From an uncultured Eubacteriales bacterium (lineage in GTDB: Bacteria > Bacillota > Clostridia > Oscillospirales > CAG-272), in NCBI GenBank assembly GCA_934526185.1, contig CAKTAA010000002.1:24345-88344 (forward strand): 64,000 nucleotides of DNA, in the 5' to 3' direction. The notes under the pieces were generated by a model, which did no database searches, was not told where the DNA came from, and was given only the letters and a program-made list of their open reading frames with translations. Positions within the stretch are counted from its first letter, which is position 1. Each line of letters begins with the position of its first letter. The position numbers were made by a program, and so were the translations under genes. Positions 14,829 to 25,100 of this stretch are shown piece after piece.

Positions 14829-15941
14829 GTGATGACAGCCCGTGTATGCTGTCATACAGATATTTTTATGTCATCTTATATGCAGAATCAGGATCTTGAG
14901 ACTGTAAGACTGGACGACGCGGATAGTGCGCTGGTTGTTCTCGACCAGACGGAGCTTCCGAGGCGTGTGGTGTATCTTCGTTTATATACAACAGAGGAAA
15001 TCAGGGAAGCCATTTGCTCGCTCAGGGTGCGCGGTGCGCCGGCGATCGGCGTCGCGGCGGCCTGCGGTCTGTATCTGGCTGCCAAACGCGCGGCGGAAAA
15101 TTACGTGGAATTCGATCGGTTCTGCGGGAATGTGCAAAAGGCAAGGGAAAGGCTGGCCTCCGCACGACCGACGGCAGTCAATTTGTCATGGGCGCTGGAA
15201 CGAATGTCGGCTGTACTGGAGGTATGCCAAACGAAGTCTGTTGCGGAAGCGGTCCGGAAGTTGCACGATACCTGCGAGGAGATTCGCAAAGAGGATATCA
15301 AGGTGTGTGAAGCGATAGGCGAATACGGACTTCAGCTTCTGAGGCCGGGAGACGGTGTTCTTACGCACTGCAATGCAGGGCAACTGGCTGCTGTCAGATA
15401 CGGTACGGCTACCGCTCCGCTGTATTTGGCTCATCAGAGGGGATATCATATTCGCGTATATACAGAGGAAACGCGGCCGCTGCTGCAGGGAGCGAGACTG
15501 ACCGCGTTTGAGCTTCATAAAGCGGGTTTGGATGTCACTCTGGTATGTGACAATATGAGCGCCGCTTTGATGCGGCAGAGATTGATTCAGGCAGTTTTTG
15601 TCGGATGCGACAGGGTAGCGGCCAACGGCGACACCGCTAATAAAATCGGAACAGCGGTTCTGGCGGCAGTGGCAAAGCAATACGGCGTTCCCTTTTATGT
15701 GTGCGCTCCCGCTGCGACTGTTGATCTGCGGTGCGCATCCGGTGATGTTATTCCGATAGAGGAAAGAGACGGAGCGGAAATTACCGAGCTCTGGTATCGG
15801 GAAAGAATGGCACCGGAGGGAATCCGTGTATGGAATCCTGCGTTTGATGTGACAGACCACAGCTTGATCACTGCATTCGTGACCGAGAAAGGAATTGTTT
15901 ACCCACCGTTCACAGATGGACTTGCCATATGCATGAAGTAA
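14829..15941 (+). CDS. mtnA: S-methyl-5-thioribose-1-phosphate isomerase (eIF-2B alpha/beta/delta-like family)
   Basis: LVVLDQTELP, RVRGAPAIGVAAACG, THCNAG, VGCDRVAANGDTANKIGT and NPAFDVT are all hallmark MtnA/eIF2B-related blocks. The start is uncertain (GTG 14829, or ATG at 14868 or 14880). Confidence 0.85.
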   Translation: MMTARVCCHTDIFMSSYMQNQDLETVRLDDADSALVVLDQTELPRRVVYLRLYTTEEIREAICSLRVRGAPAIGVAAACGLYLAAKRAAENYVEFDRFCGNVQKARERLASARPTAVNLSWALERMSAVLEVCQTKSVAEAVRKLHDTCEEIRKEDIKVCEAIGEYGLQLLRPGDGVLTHCNAGQLAAVRYGTATAPLYLAHQRGYHIRVYTEETRPLLQGARLTAFELHKAGLDVTLVCDNMSAALMRQRLIQAVFVGCDRVAANGDTANKIGTAVLAAVAKQYGVPFYVCAPAATVDLRCASGDVIPIEERDGAEITELWYRERMAPEGIRVWNPAFDVTDHSLITAFVTEKGIVYPPFTDGLAICMK

Positions 15942-16107
15942 AGCAAGCTCTTGCATGATAAGGCATGGCGAAGTGAACCGTGTGATTTGCGAAAAAAATA
16001 CAGAAAAAAACGCTCGAATGCAGTCGATGAGACCGCTGCCGGGTGTTTTTTTAGTAAAAAATAATTTCCAAAATTCATGAATCATTAAATTTTTATAAAG
16101 GGAAATA

Positions 16108-16136
16108 TTGACAAAATAAAAAAATATTTATATAAT
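16108..16136 (+). promoter_or_regulatory. Candidate promoter for the SLH/M23 gene
   Basis: TTGACA - 17 nt - TATAAT in an AT-rich region, ~170 nt upstream of ATG 16310. Confidence 0.4.
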
Positions 16137-16309
16137 AAAAATAGACTAAAAATTAATTTTTAGTTGTATCATGCAAGGGGGCTGATTGACATGTTTTAAG
16201 TAGTTTTTGGCAGAGTGTATATAATGTTAGCGCAAACAACAAATATAGTGAATGATGTGTTAAAAACATTTTCCTGCACGCATACTTCTAATAGGAAAGG
16301 GGATCATGG

Positions 16310-17944
16310 ATGAAACTGCGAAAAACATCTTGGAAGAAATCTTTTATCAAACAAGCACGTATTGTTTTGATAGGTATGCTTGTGGTGACGCTGCTTTTGC
16401 CTTGTTTGATTTTTCCCGTTTCCGCACTTAATTATGCCGATGTTCCGTCTACTTATTGGGCATACCCCTATATTGACGAAGTGACTGACCGCGGCATTAT
16501 GGAAGCATATACGGGGAATTATTTCAGGCCTTCCTACGCGATGACAAGGCTGTCTGCCGTTACGGCGCTTGGAAAGCTTGCGGGCGTTTATCCCAATGAC
16601 AATTGTTCCTCGGACTTTACGGATATGCCGTCCGGCACGACTGGATTGGCTTATGTTATGTGGGCTAAGGAAAACAATATTGTAAACGGCACGACTGCGA
16701 CGACCTTTTCGCCCAACCTGAATATTACAAAAGAGTCGTTTGCCGTTATGATATACAATTTCCTTGTTGCATTTAATCATTCATACACACGGAGCACGAC
16801 GGCTGCTTTCAGCGACCAGGCGGAAATATCCCCATGGGCGTTGGATGCAGTAAAAGAGCTTCATGCAATCGGATTGGTGAGCGGGGACGAACATAACAAT
16901 TTCGAGCCGGATCATGCGCTTCTTCGCTCGGAGGCGGCAGTCGTATTCTCGCAGATTCCGAGTTGTACCACCTTGACAAACGGTATATGTTCCATAAAAA
17001 ACTCTTCCACTTCGAGATATATGACCGTTAAAAATACGGCATTAGGTTATACCGGATTGAATACGACGGCCAACAACTATATTGTAACGGAAGCTGTTGA
17101 TAACAGTCGCGGCGCGCAGTATTTCAGATTTACCCAAGACCTTGAAACAGGCTACTTTAACATTGCTCCGCTATGCAGCTTCTTCGGCTTTTACAGACAG
17201 CTTCAATCAACAGGATACGGCGCCGGCAATTCTGTTCTTACTGCTGTGCCGCAGGATTCCAACTATATGCGGTTCATTCCCGTACAGGTCGGCCCGAGAT
17301 ATCAGTTCGTTTTGGCTGCCAATCCAAATGTTGCGTTGGCTGATGTAGGCGGTTATGTGAAGCTGAAGGCGAAAAATACAAGCGACACCTCGCAGCTTTG
17401 GAATGTATATACCAAAACGGCCATTAAAAATGCAGAGACGGAATATCGGAGCTTGAAATGGGCGCACCCGCTTGAAAATCCTTCAAATTATTATTTGACC
17501 TCTTCGTTCGGCTTTCGGTATTTGCCGGAGGTGTACGGATATGCAGACCCTTGCCGGATGCATGCCGGAGTAGACCTTTCTGCGCCTACCGGTACAAAGC
17601 TTGTGGCGGTTGCGGACGGAGAAATTGAATATAAGGAACACGAGGCGTTGGGATTGTATGCGGTGCTAACTCCGTCGGATTCCCCCGGCGTTTTGGCGGT
17701 TTATCAACACATGAGCGTACAAGAAATCGAAGACCCCGAGGGGGTTATACGTCCGCCCGGCGATATGTCTGTGGACAAGGGGCAATGCATCGGCTTGTCC
17801 GGCAGTTCCGGCGTAGGGACGGGGGCGCATCTGCATTTCGGTGTAGTGTATGACATAGCGGATGTGGCAAAGGAGGGTGACTTTGATACGTTCTTTTATC
17901 CCAACGCGTTCTACGGCCGGTACGTTAACGGCTTCTGGAGCTGA
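16310..17944 (+). CDS. Secreted cell-wall protein: three SLH repeats, a ricin-B-like lectin region and a C-terminal M23 metallopeptidase
   Basis: Signal peptide (KQARIVLIGMLVVTLLLPCLIFPVSA). SLH repeats (YADVPSTYWAYPYIDEV.., FTDMPSGTTGLAYVMWAKENNIVNG.., FSDQAEISPWALDAVKELHAIGLVSG). A QxW-type motif (TSQLWNV). M23 motifs HAGVDLSAPTGTKLVAVADGEI and GAHLHFGV. Confidence 0.85.
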   Translation: MKLRKTSWKKSFIKQARIVLIGMLVVTLLLPCLIFPVSALNYADVPSTYWAYPYIDEVTDRGIMEAYTGNYFRPSYAMTRLSAVTALGKLAGVYPNDNCSSDFTDMPSGTTGLAYVMWAKENNIVNGTTATTFSPNLNITKESFAVMIYNFLVAFNHSYTRSTTAAFSDQAEISPWALDAVKELHAIGLVSGDEHNNFEPDHALLRSEAAVVFSQIPSCTTLTNGICSIKNSSTSRYMTVKNTALGYTGLNTTANNYIVTEAVDNSRGAQYFRFTQDLETGYFNIAPLCSFFGFYRQLQSTGYGAGNSVLTAVPQDSNYMRFIPVQVGPRYQFVLAANPNVALADVGGYVKLKAKNTSDTSQLWNVYTKTAIKNAETEYRSLKWAHPLENPSNYYLTSSFGFRYLPEVYGYADPCRMHAGVDLSAPTGTKLVAVADGEIEYKEHEALGLYAVLTPSDSPGVLAVYQHMSVQEIEDPEGVIRPPGDMSVDKGQCIGLSGSSGVGTGAHLHFGVVYDIADVAKEGDFDTFFYPNAFYGRYVNGFWS

Positions 17945-17980
17945 TGTTCCTCCCGAGGGGAAATATACAAAAAGGAGAAT

Positions 17981-19381
17981 ATGGTTATGAAAAATTTGAA
18001 ATATCTTTGGGCCCCGCTCCTTTGCCTCTGTCTGCTTGTTTCCTGTAACACCTTGACAGGGGACGGCGCCGGATCCGACGGAACCACACAGCCGCCCGTG
18101 TCTGACGCAGACTCCGAAACTACGCCCGACACGGATACCGAGACGAGCGAGTCGCAGATTGGAGTAGGAGGCGGTGTGGGGTCGTTAGACATGTATTATG
18201 ACAACCGCGTTTGCGAGTTCACCTACCTTGTTGGCACCTATATGTGGGAGAACAAGGATGCGATTGGCGAAGTCGCCAAAACCTATAGAGAACTGTATCA
18301 GGATAAGCTTTACAAGGACAACGACTATCCGGCATTTTTGGCTTATATTGTTCAAGAGGCGGAAATTCCGCGTGAGGCGTTCGAGGCGTACAATGCTGCT
18401 CTTGCAGAGCGGTCTAGTTCCAGTGTGCTTCCGGACGAGATGATTGATGCGCTGTACAGCACGGATATAAACGAACAGCGCCGTGTATTGAAACACCCGT
18501 ATACCGTTTATTCGGACGGTCATATCTATCGGTTCTATGACCTGGAAAAGCTTTCTTCCGATGAGCTTGCCGCGCTTGACGTGTCGGAGCAGGAATGGGC
18601 AGACTATATCGCAAGGATCGAGGAATACATGCAGGAAAGGCCGAGCGACATGCGCCGTTCAGTGGAATTCCTGCGTCCCCTTGCGGGCGATGCCACACCG
18701 ACAACGACCGGCGCGGCAGAGGTGAGCGGCGCACCTGAGATATCGGGTGAGCCGGAAAGCAGCGAGTCGCAGATTGGAGTAGGAGGCGGTCTGGATCAGT
18801 TTGATCAGCATTATGACAACCGTGTTTGCGGCTTCACCTACATTGGCTATATGTGGGAAAATAAGGCTGCGATTGGCGAGGTAACTAAAGCCTATAGAGA
18901 ATTGTATCAGGATAAGGTTCTCACGGACGACCGTCCGCCGTTTTTGGCCTACGTTGTTCAAGAGGCAGAAATTCCGCGTGAGGTGTTCGATGAATACAAT
19001 ATCGCCCGTGGAGAAGTGTATGGCAGTCAAATCATACTTCCGGATGAAATGGTAGACGCGCTGTACAGCACGGACGTAAACGAGCAGCGCCGTGTTTTGA
19101 AGGGACCGTATTCCATTTATTCGGACGGTCATCTCTACCTGTTCTATGACCTGGAAAAGCTTTCTTCCGATGAGCTTGCCGCGCTTGACGTGTCGGAGCA
19201 GGAATGGGCAGACTATATCGCAAGGATCGAGGAATACATGCAGGAAAGGCCGAGCGACATGCGCCGTTCAGTGGAATTCCTGCGTCCCCTTGCGGGCGAT
19301 GCCACACCGACAACGACCGGCGCGGCAGAGGTGAGCGGCGCACCTGAGATATCGGGTGAGCCGGAAAGCAGCGAGGCGTAA
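17981..19381 (+). CDS. Lipoprotein of unknown function containing an internal tandem duplication of a ~203-aa module
   Basis: Lipobox LLVSC after a hydrophobic signal peptide. Two modules each start SESQIGVGGG... and end ...PTTTGAAEVSGAPEISGEPES. RBS AAGGAGA. Confidence 0.8.
   Translation: MVMKNLKYLWAPLLCLCLLVSCNTLTGDGAGSDGTTQPPVSDADSETTPDTDTETSESQIGVGGGVGSLDMYYDNRVCEFTYLVGTYMWENKDAIGEVAKTYRELYQDKLYKDNDYPAFLAYIVQEAEIPREAFEAYNAALAERSSSSVLPDEMIDALYSTDINEQRRVLKHPYTVYSDGHIYRFYDLEKLSSDELAALDVSEQEWADYIARIEEYMQERPSDMRRSVEFLRPLAGDATPTTTGAAEVSGAPEISGEPESSESQIGVGGGLDQFDQHYDNRVCGFTYIGYMWENKAAIGEVTKAYRELYQDKVLTDDRPPFLAYVVQEAEIPREVFDEYNIARGEVYGSQIILPDEMVDALYSTDVNEQRRVLKGPYSIYSDGHLYLFYDLEKLSSDELAALDVSEQEWADYIARIEEYMQERPSDMRRSVEFLRPLAGDATPTTTGAAEVSGAPEISGEPESSEA
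18146..19375 (+). repeat. Tandem direct repeat, two units (615 and 609 bp), mosaic identity
   Basis: Unit boundaries are marked by AGCGAGTCGCAGATTGGAGTAGGAGGCGGT at 18146 and 18761. The 3' 235 nt of each unit (18532-18766 vs 19141-19375, offset 609) are identical by direct comparison. The 5' ~380 nt are clearly diverged. Confidence 0.9.
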
Positions 19382-19428
19382 GCACGGCCTGCCGAATGTA
19401 AATATAGCCAAAATACAGCGCAAATATC

Positions 19429-19463
19429 AAAGCGCCGCAGGATTCTTTCTGCGGCGCTTTTTT
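19429..19463 (+). terminator. Intrinsic terminator after the lipoprotein gene
   Basis: AAAGCGCCGCAG-gattcttt-CTGCGGCGCTTT followed by TTTG. Confidence 0.75.
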
Positions 19464-19483
19464 GTCATACAACCGATTGCTTA

Positions 19484-20335
19484 TCATGCATGAATATGAA
19501 TAATGCGGTAAAAGCCTGTAAAGCAAGGCGCGGCGGTGTATTGCAGTACCGTTTGGCCGTGATCGGCATCGTCACCTGTGGCAAAGTGTATGTGTCCGGC
19601 AAAAACTGCCCGGACAATGCTGCGGTTTTCATTCAACAGCTTAAGAAAACGCCGGTTGATCTCACTTTGCTGCTCCTCGCCTACCATCCAGTTATATCCC
19701 CAAAAGCTCCAGACGGTCTCCTTTGCCGCCGGAGAAAATACGGGAGCATGAAGAAGCAGCAGGATCGGCCTCCCTTTCCGGATCTGATTTTTCATGAGTC
19801 TGTACTGTTCCTCCGTAACGCTTACAAACCCATCGTTTATGACAACGATGTCCAGTCCCTCAAGTGAAACAACACGAAATTGCGGGGATCCGCCTGTCAT
19901 CTCCAAAAACATACGGCGCAGTTCTATTGGCGCATCTTCACCTACGTCATCGTGATTGCCCGGCGCGAGGATAAAATCCGAGCCAAGCGCATCCAGAAAG
20001 GCTTTTAAGCGTCTCAGATTGGAGCGTGACGGATAATCCACGGTATCTCCTGTGCAGAATACCATATCAGGAGAAATTTCGCGTATGCGCGCCGCTACAA
20101 TCTCGTTGGCTTCGATGGGATACATTCCCGCCTGATTTTTCCAGAATTCCGCTCTCGAAGCCGCCAGCGCCTTATCCTCGTCCGAATCTTCGTCTTCGCT
20201 GGCTGTAATATGGAGATCGGAGATGTGAACAAAAGTATATTCGCGTGTCAGTCCCGGGATAATCAGCTCCACCACGGATTCGGTCAGTCGGCAGGCGCCG
20301 CAGTTGGCTGAAAAATCTACTGTATGTATGGCCAT
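19484..20335 (-). CDS. Metallophosphoesterase (calcineurin-like)
   Basis: FVHISDLHI, GDTVDY, GNHD and GHIH motifs in canonical order. 283 aa. Confidence 0.8.
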   Translation of the reverse strand: MAIHTVDFSANCGACRLTESVVELIIPGLTREYTFVHISDLHITASEDEDSDEDKALAASRAEFWKNQAGMYPIEANEIVAARIREISPDMVFCTGDTVDYPSRSNLRRLKAFLDALGSDFILAPGNHDDVGEDAPIELRRMFLEMTGGSPQFRVVSLEGLDIVVINDGFVSVTEEQYRLMKNQIRKGRPILLLLHAPVFSPAAKETVWSFWGYNWMVGEEQQSEINRRFLKLLNENRSIVRAVFAGHIHFATGDDADHGQTVLQYTAAPCFTGFYRIIHIHA

Positions 20336-20347
20336 ATTTCTCTCCTT

Positions 20348-21024
20348 TCACGTCAGCGGAAGCCCGTTTTTTCTCAAGTGATGCGTATTGTTGATATACA
20401 GAAAACGGGGGACGGTATAGCCGCTGTCCGAATTGTGAATGTTAATCCAGGAGATGCCCGTCTGATAAATGAAGAAGGAGTGCCATGCTGTAAGCGTGGG
20501 CATCTGCAGCAGATACCCGGCTAAGATTAGAAAAGCGCCTGCATGACCAAAAAAAGCTACATTTTTATCATTTTTGTTTAGAATTTTGAAGCGGTGTCCC
20601 TCGCGCCGGTATCCTTGCCTTTCAAGAAAATCTTCTGCCCCGTCCTCTACGGTTTTTACCATATTTCTTATCTGCTCCGAGCCGTTGAACCGCGGGTGTG
20701 TGTACCACTCCTCGCCCAAAGCCTCAAGCTCGGGGGAACGAAGAAATTCCGGCTCTATCTGAACGGCCAGCGTTGATTTTCCGCCGCTCAGATAAGCGTA
20801 ATGCTCGACCTCGTGCGCCCAAGGTTCGGCTTTTATCGGTTTTCCGAGCTTATCCGCCAGATACCGGGCTGTTTCGAGTGCCCTTCCCATGGAGGAAGAA
20901 AAGATTTCGTCAATATTCATGTCCAGCAGCTCCTCTGCACAGGCTTCCGCCTGCTGCCGGCCAAGCTCTGTCAGGCAGTCCCGGCAGTAATCGGGATTGC
21001 CGTGCCGTATAAAGTATAGATTCA
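20348..21024 (-). CDS. Histidine phosphatase family protein (phosphoglycerate-mutase-like)
   Basis: MNLYFIRHGNPDY (RHG motif) ... FFGHAGAF. Start moved to ATG 21024 (MNLYF) rather than the track start at 21070. Confidence 0.75.
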
Positions 21025-21289
21025 TAAACACCTCGCAAACAGTAAATTTATCCGCTCCTGCCGCCGGCATTTCTTGAGTTTTTTATTGAGATTCGATACA
21101 GACTGCAGGGAAAGTTGCGGCGGGAGGCCGGAAGCGGATAATTCCGGACACCCTTGATTGATTATAACGCAGGGGATGAAAAATCACAGGGGGACTGCCG
21201 CGTTATAAAACGCAGCAGCCCCCCTGCTGCCGGAGATAGCTGTTTAATTGCCATGATTTATGATTTTCGCTTGAAAGCTGATTTTCTGC

Positions 21290-21886
21290 TCACTCATCAA
21301 GCGGTAAAATCCAGACATTACGGAAGCAAACACGGTTGCCATGATCCTGAAGCATCAGCGGTCCCTTCGGAACTACGTGATCGGTGACGCCGCCCGGCGT
21401 GTTGCTGTGCAGAATGATATTGTTATGTACGGGGAGTCCGTTTTGGAGAATCGTCATACGGGCATCCTCAATAACCGCGTTGTTTTCGTTGTATCGGGGA
21501 GCGCGGAGAATGATGTCATAGGTCTGCCACTGCTCCGGGGGGAGGCAGGCGTTTGTGAGCGGAGTGTAGATGCAGTAGATTGCGCTGCAATCATTGCAGA
21601 TGGGCTTTTCGATGCCATAGGAATCGAGAACCTGAACCTCATAGCAGCCGTGAACATAAACGCCGCTGTTGCCCTTGTCCTGACCGTGGCATTCCGGCAT
21701 ATCGGGACACTTGAATTCTACATGAATCAGTGCGTCCCTGTATTCCACGGTGGAAATGATGTCGCCGTGTCCGACGACCAGCTCTCCGTTTTCAATGGTC
21801 CAGTTACAGTCGGAACCGTCGCGCATTTTCCAGGAATCCGTATTGGTCCCGTCAAACAGAACGATCTTTTTGTTTTTATCGTACAT
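21290..21886 (-). CDS. DUF1080-type (3-keto-disaccharide hydrolase / LamG-like) protein
   Basis: KIVLFDGTNTDSWKMRDGSDCNWTIENGELVV...LIHVEFK...NSGVY...YEVQVLDS...MLQDHGNRVCFRNVWILPL matches the DUF1080 pattern. AAGGAG lies 9 nt before ATG 21886. Confidence 0.7.
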   Translation of the reverse strand: MYDKNKKIVLFDGTNTDSWKMRDGSDCNWTIENGELVVGHGDIISTVEYRDALIHVEFKCPDMPECHGQDKGNSGVYVHGCYEVQVLDSYGIEKPICNDCSAIYCIYTPLTNACLPPEQWQTYDIILRAPRYNENNAVIEDARMTILQNGLPVHNNIILHSNTPGGVTDHVVPKGPLMLQDHGNRVCFRNVWILPLDE

Positions 21887-22011
21887 ATAAATCAACTCCT
21901 TTGATTATAAAAAAAGTTTTATACATTATATAACGCACGGGGAAAGAAGTCAAGATATTTATACGCCAATGGAGCGAAAAAAATATTTTTTTGCTTTTTT
22001 TTACAGAACTC

Positions 22012-22040
22012 TTGATAATTTTACAAAAGCATGGTATCAT
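22012..22040 (+). promoter_or_regulatory. Promoter of carB
   Basis: TTGATA - 17 nt - TGgTATCAT (extended -10), ~70 nt upstream of ATG 22113. Confidence 0.55.
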
Positions 22041-22112
22041 ATAAAGAAATGCGAAAAATCATTGATTCTCTGCAAAGTCATCAAAATTCAGAAAAACGGA
22101 GGAGCATTACAC

Positions 22113-25100
22113 ATGCCGAAACGCAATGATCTTCAGAAAATTCTGATTATAGGATCCGGTCCCATCATCATCGGACAGGCCTGCGAGTTTGACTATTCCG
22201 GAACACAGGCCTGCAAGGCGCTGCGGAAGCTTGGCTATGAAATTGTATTGGTTAATTCCAACCCCGCAACCATCATGACGGATACCGACATGGCCGACGT
22301 GACGTATATTGAGCCTCTGAATGTGGAAAAATTGACGGAGATTATAGAGAAGGAACGCCCGGACGCTCTATTGCCAAATCTTGGCGGGCAGTCCGGGCTT
22401 AATTTAAGCCTGGAGCTTGCAAAGGCCGGTGTGCTTGCGCGTTACGGCGTAGAGGTCATCGGTGTTCAGCTTGACGCAATTGAGCGCGGCGAGGACCGCA
22501 TCGAATTCAAGGAAACAATGGAAGCTCTAGGAATTGAGATGGCGCGCAGCGCTCCGGCATACAGCCTTGAGGAGGCAGAAAAAATTGCGGAAACTTTAGG
22601 ATTTCCGCTGGTTATCCGTCCGGCTTATACGATGGGCGGCACCGGCGGCGGAATTGTATACAATATGGAAGAGCTTCGCTCGCTTGCGGCGCGCGGCATT
22701 CAGGCGAGCATGGTCGGACAGATTCTCATTGAAGAAGCTGTTATCGGCTGGGAAGAATTGGAGCTGGAAATTGTCCGCGATGCGGCGGGGAATATGATCA
22801 CCGTATGCTTCATTGAAAACATTGATCCGATGGGCGTACATACCGGCGATTCTTTCTGCGCGGCGCCGATGCTTACAATTTCTGAGGAACTGCAGAAGCG
22901 GCTTCAGAAATACGCGTATTCCATTGTGGAGTCTATCGGCGTTATCGGCGGGACCAACGTTCAGTTTGCACATGATCCTGTTTCGGACCGCGTCATAATT
23001 ATTGAAATCAATCCGAGAACCTCGCGCTCCTCAGCTCTCGCGTCCAAGGCAACGGGATTCCCGATTGCCATGGTATCTGCGATGCTTGCCGTAGGACTGA
23101 CACTGGAGGAGATGCCGTACTACGGAGGCCGTTCACTGAAGGAGTATGTGCCGGGCGGCGATTATGTTGTAATAAAATTTGCGCGCTGGGCTTTCGACAA
23201 ATTCAAGGATGCTGAGGACAAGCTGGGAACACAGATGAAGGCTGTCGGCGAAGTTATGTCTATCGGCAAAACCTATAAGGAAGCTCTCCAGAAGGCGATT
23301 CGTTCGCTGGAAAACGGACGCAGCGGTTTGGGGTTTGCCAAGGATTTTCACGAAAAATCGCTGGATGAGCTTCTTGCCATGCTTGCGGTGCCGACAAGCG
23401 AGCGCCAGTTCCTTATGTACGAGGCAATGCGCAAGGGCGCGACAATTGAACAGCTCTATCAGTTGACCAAAATTAAAAAGTGGTTTCTGGAGCAGATGTA
23501 TGAACTGGTGGCAGAGGAAGAAACATTGCTCTCCGCTGGGGAAATTACGGACGAAATGCTCGTATCCGCAAAGAAAAACGGATTTTCGGATAAATATCTG
23601 GCAAAAATTTTAGGCAGAACCGAGGAAGCCATTCGGGAACAGCGGCTTTCGGCAGGTGCGGCGGAGCGCTGGGAGGGAGTTCCGGTCAGCGGTGTTGAGG
23701 AGCCGTCCTATTACTATTTTTCAACCTATCAGGACAGTGTTCCCAAGACGCCTTCGCCGCTGGAGTCTGACCGCAAGGTCATGATACTCGGCAGCGGGCC
23801 GAATCGGATCGGACAGGGAATAGAATTCGACTATTGCTGCGTTCACGCTGCGTTTGCGCTGCGGGAGCTTGGCTTCTCCTCCATTATGGTTAACTGCAAT
23901 CCGGAGACGGTGTCGACGGATTACGACACGTCAGATACCCTCTACTTTGAGCCGCTGACTGTGGAGGATGTCCTCAGTATATACGAGAGGGAGAAGCCGC
24001 TCGGAATCATCGCGCAGTTCGGCGGACAGACACCGCTTAATATTGCGAATGAGCTGCAGAAATACGGGTGCAGGATTCTTGGAACTACGCCGGCATCGAT
24101 CGACCTGGCCGAGGACAGAGATCAGTTCAAGGTGATGATGGATAAAATCGGCGTACCCATGCCGGAATCCGGAATGGCGGCAAATTGCGGGGAGGCAGTT
24201 CAAATAGCAGCGGAAATCGGTTACCCTGTAATGGCGCGTCCCTCCTATGTTCTGGGCGGCCGCGGTATGGAAATTGTCCGCGACGAGGCGTCTCTGATAA
24301 ATTATATGCAGAATGCGGTAGGCATTACAAAAGAAAGACCGGTTCTGATTGACCGATTCCTGAGCCATGCGACCGAGGCGGAGGCAGACGCTATTGCGGA
24401 TAATGGAAAGGCATTTGTGCCGGCGGTGATGCAGCATATTGAGCTGGCGGGCATTCATTCAGGAGACAGCGCCTGTATCATACCTTCTCTCGATATTCCG
24501 CAGCGTCATGTGGATACGATAAGAAGATATACGGAAACCATTGCCAGGGAGCTGCATGTGTGCGGACTGATGAACATGCAGTACGCAATTGCAGACGATA
24601 CAGTATATGTCCTGGAAGCCAACCCCCGTGCTTCACGCACCGTTCCGTTGGTATCGAAGATCTGTGATCTGCAGATGGCTAAAGTTGCAACAAAAGTGAT
24701 TATGCGTGAATTTACGGGAGGAGAATCTCCGGTGGAAGCTCTGCGTCACAGATATATACCGCATTACGGCGTCAAGGAAGCGGTTTTTCCGTTTTCCATG
24801 TTCCCGGAGGTGGATCCTGTGCTGGGACCGGAGATGCGCTCTACCGGCGAAGTGCTCGGCATCTCCGATTCGTTCGGCGTTGCTTTCTATAAATCGCAGG
24901 AAGCGACACAGGTACGTCTGCCTGCTGAAGGCAAGATTCTGATCAGCGTCAATGACGAGGACAAGCCCGAGGCGCTTTCTATTGCAAAATCTTTCGCGGA
25001 GCTTGGATATACGATTGTTTCCACAGAGGGAACATGTCGGTATCTGAGAGCGGGCGGCGTTCCGGCTGAACCGGTTGCAAAGCTGTATGAGGGACGTCCG

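Noticed and set aside
18537-19334. Two identical 62-aa ORFs (18537..18725 and 19146..19334) that might look like a duplicated small gene.
   Set aside because: They are out-of-frame shadows of the perfectly identical 235-nt block of the tandem repeat inside the lipoprotein gene. The in-frame protein reading has the coherent repeat structure.
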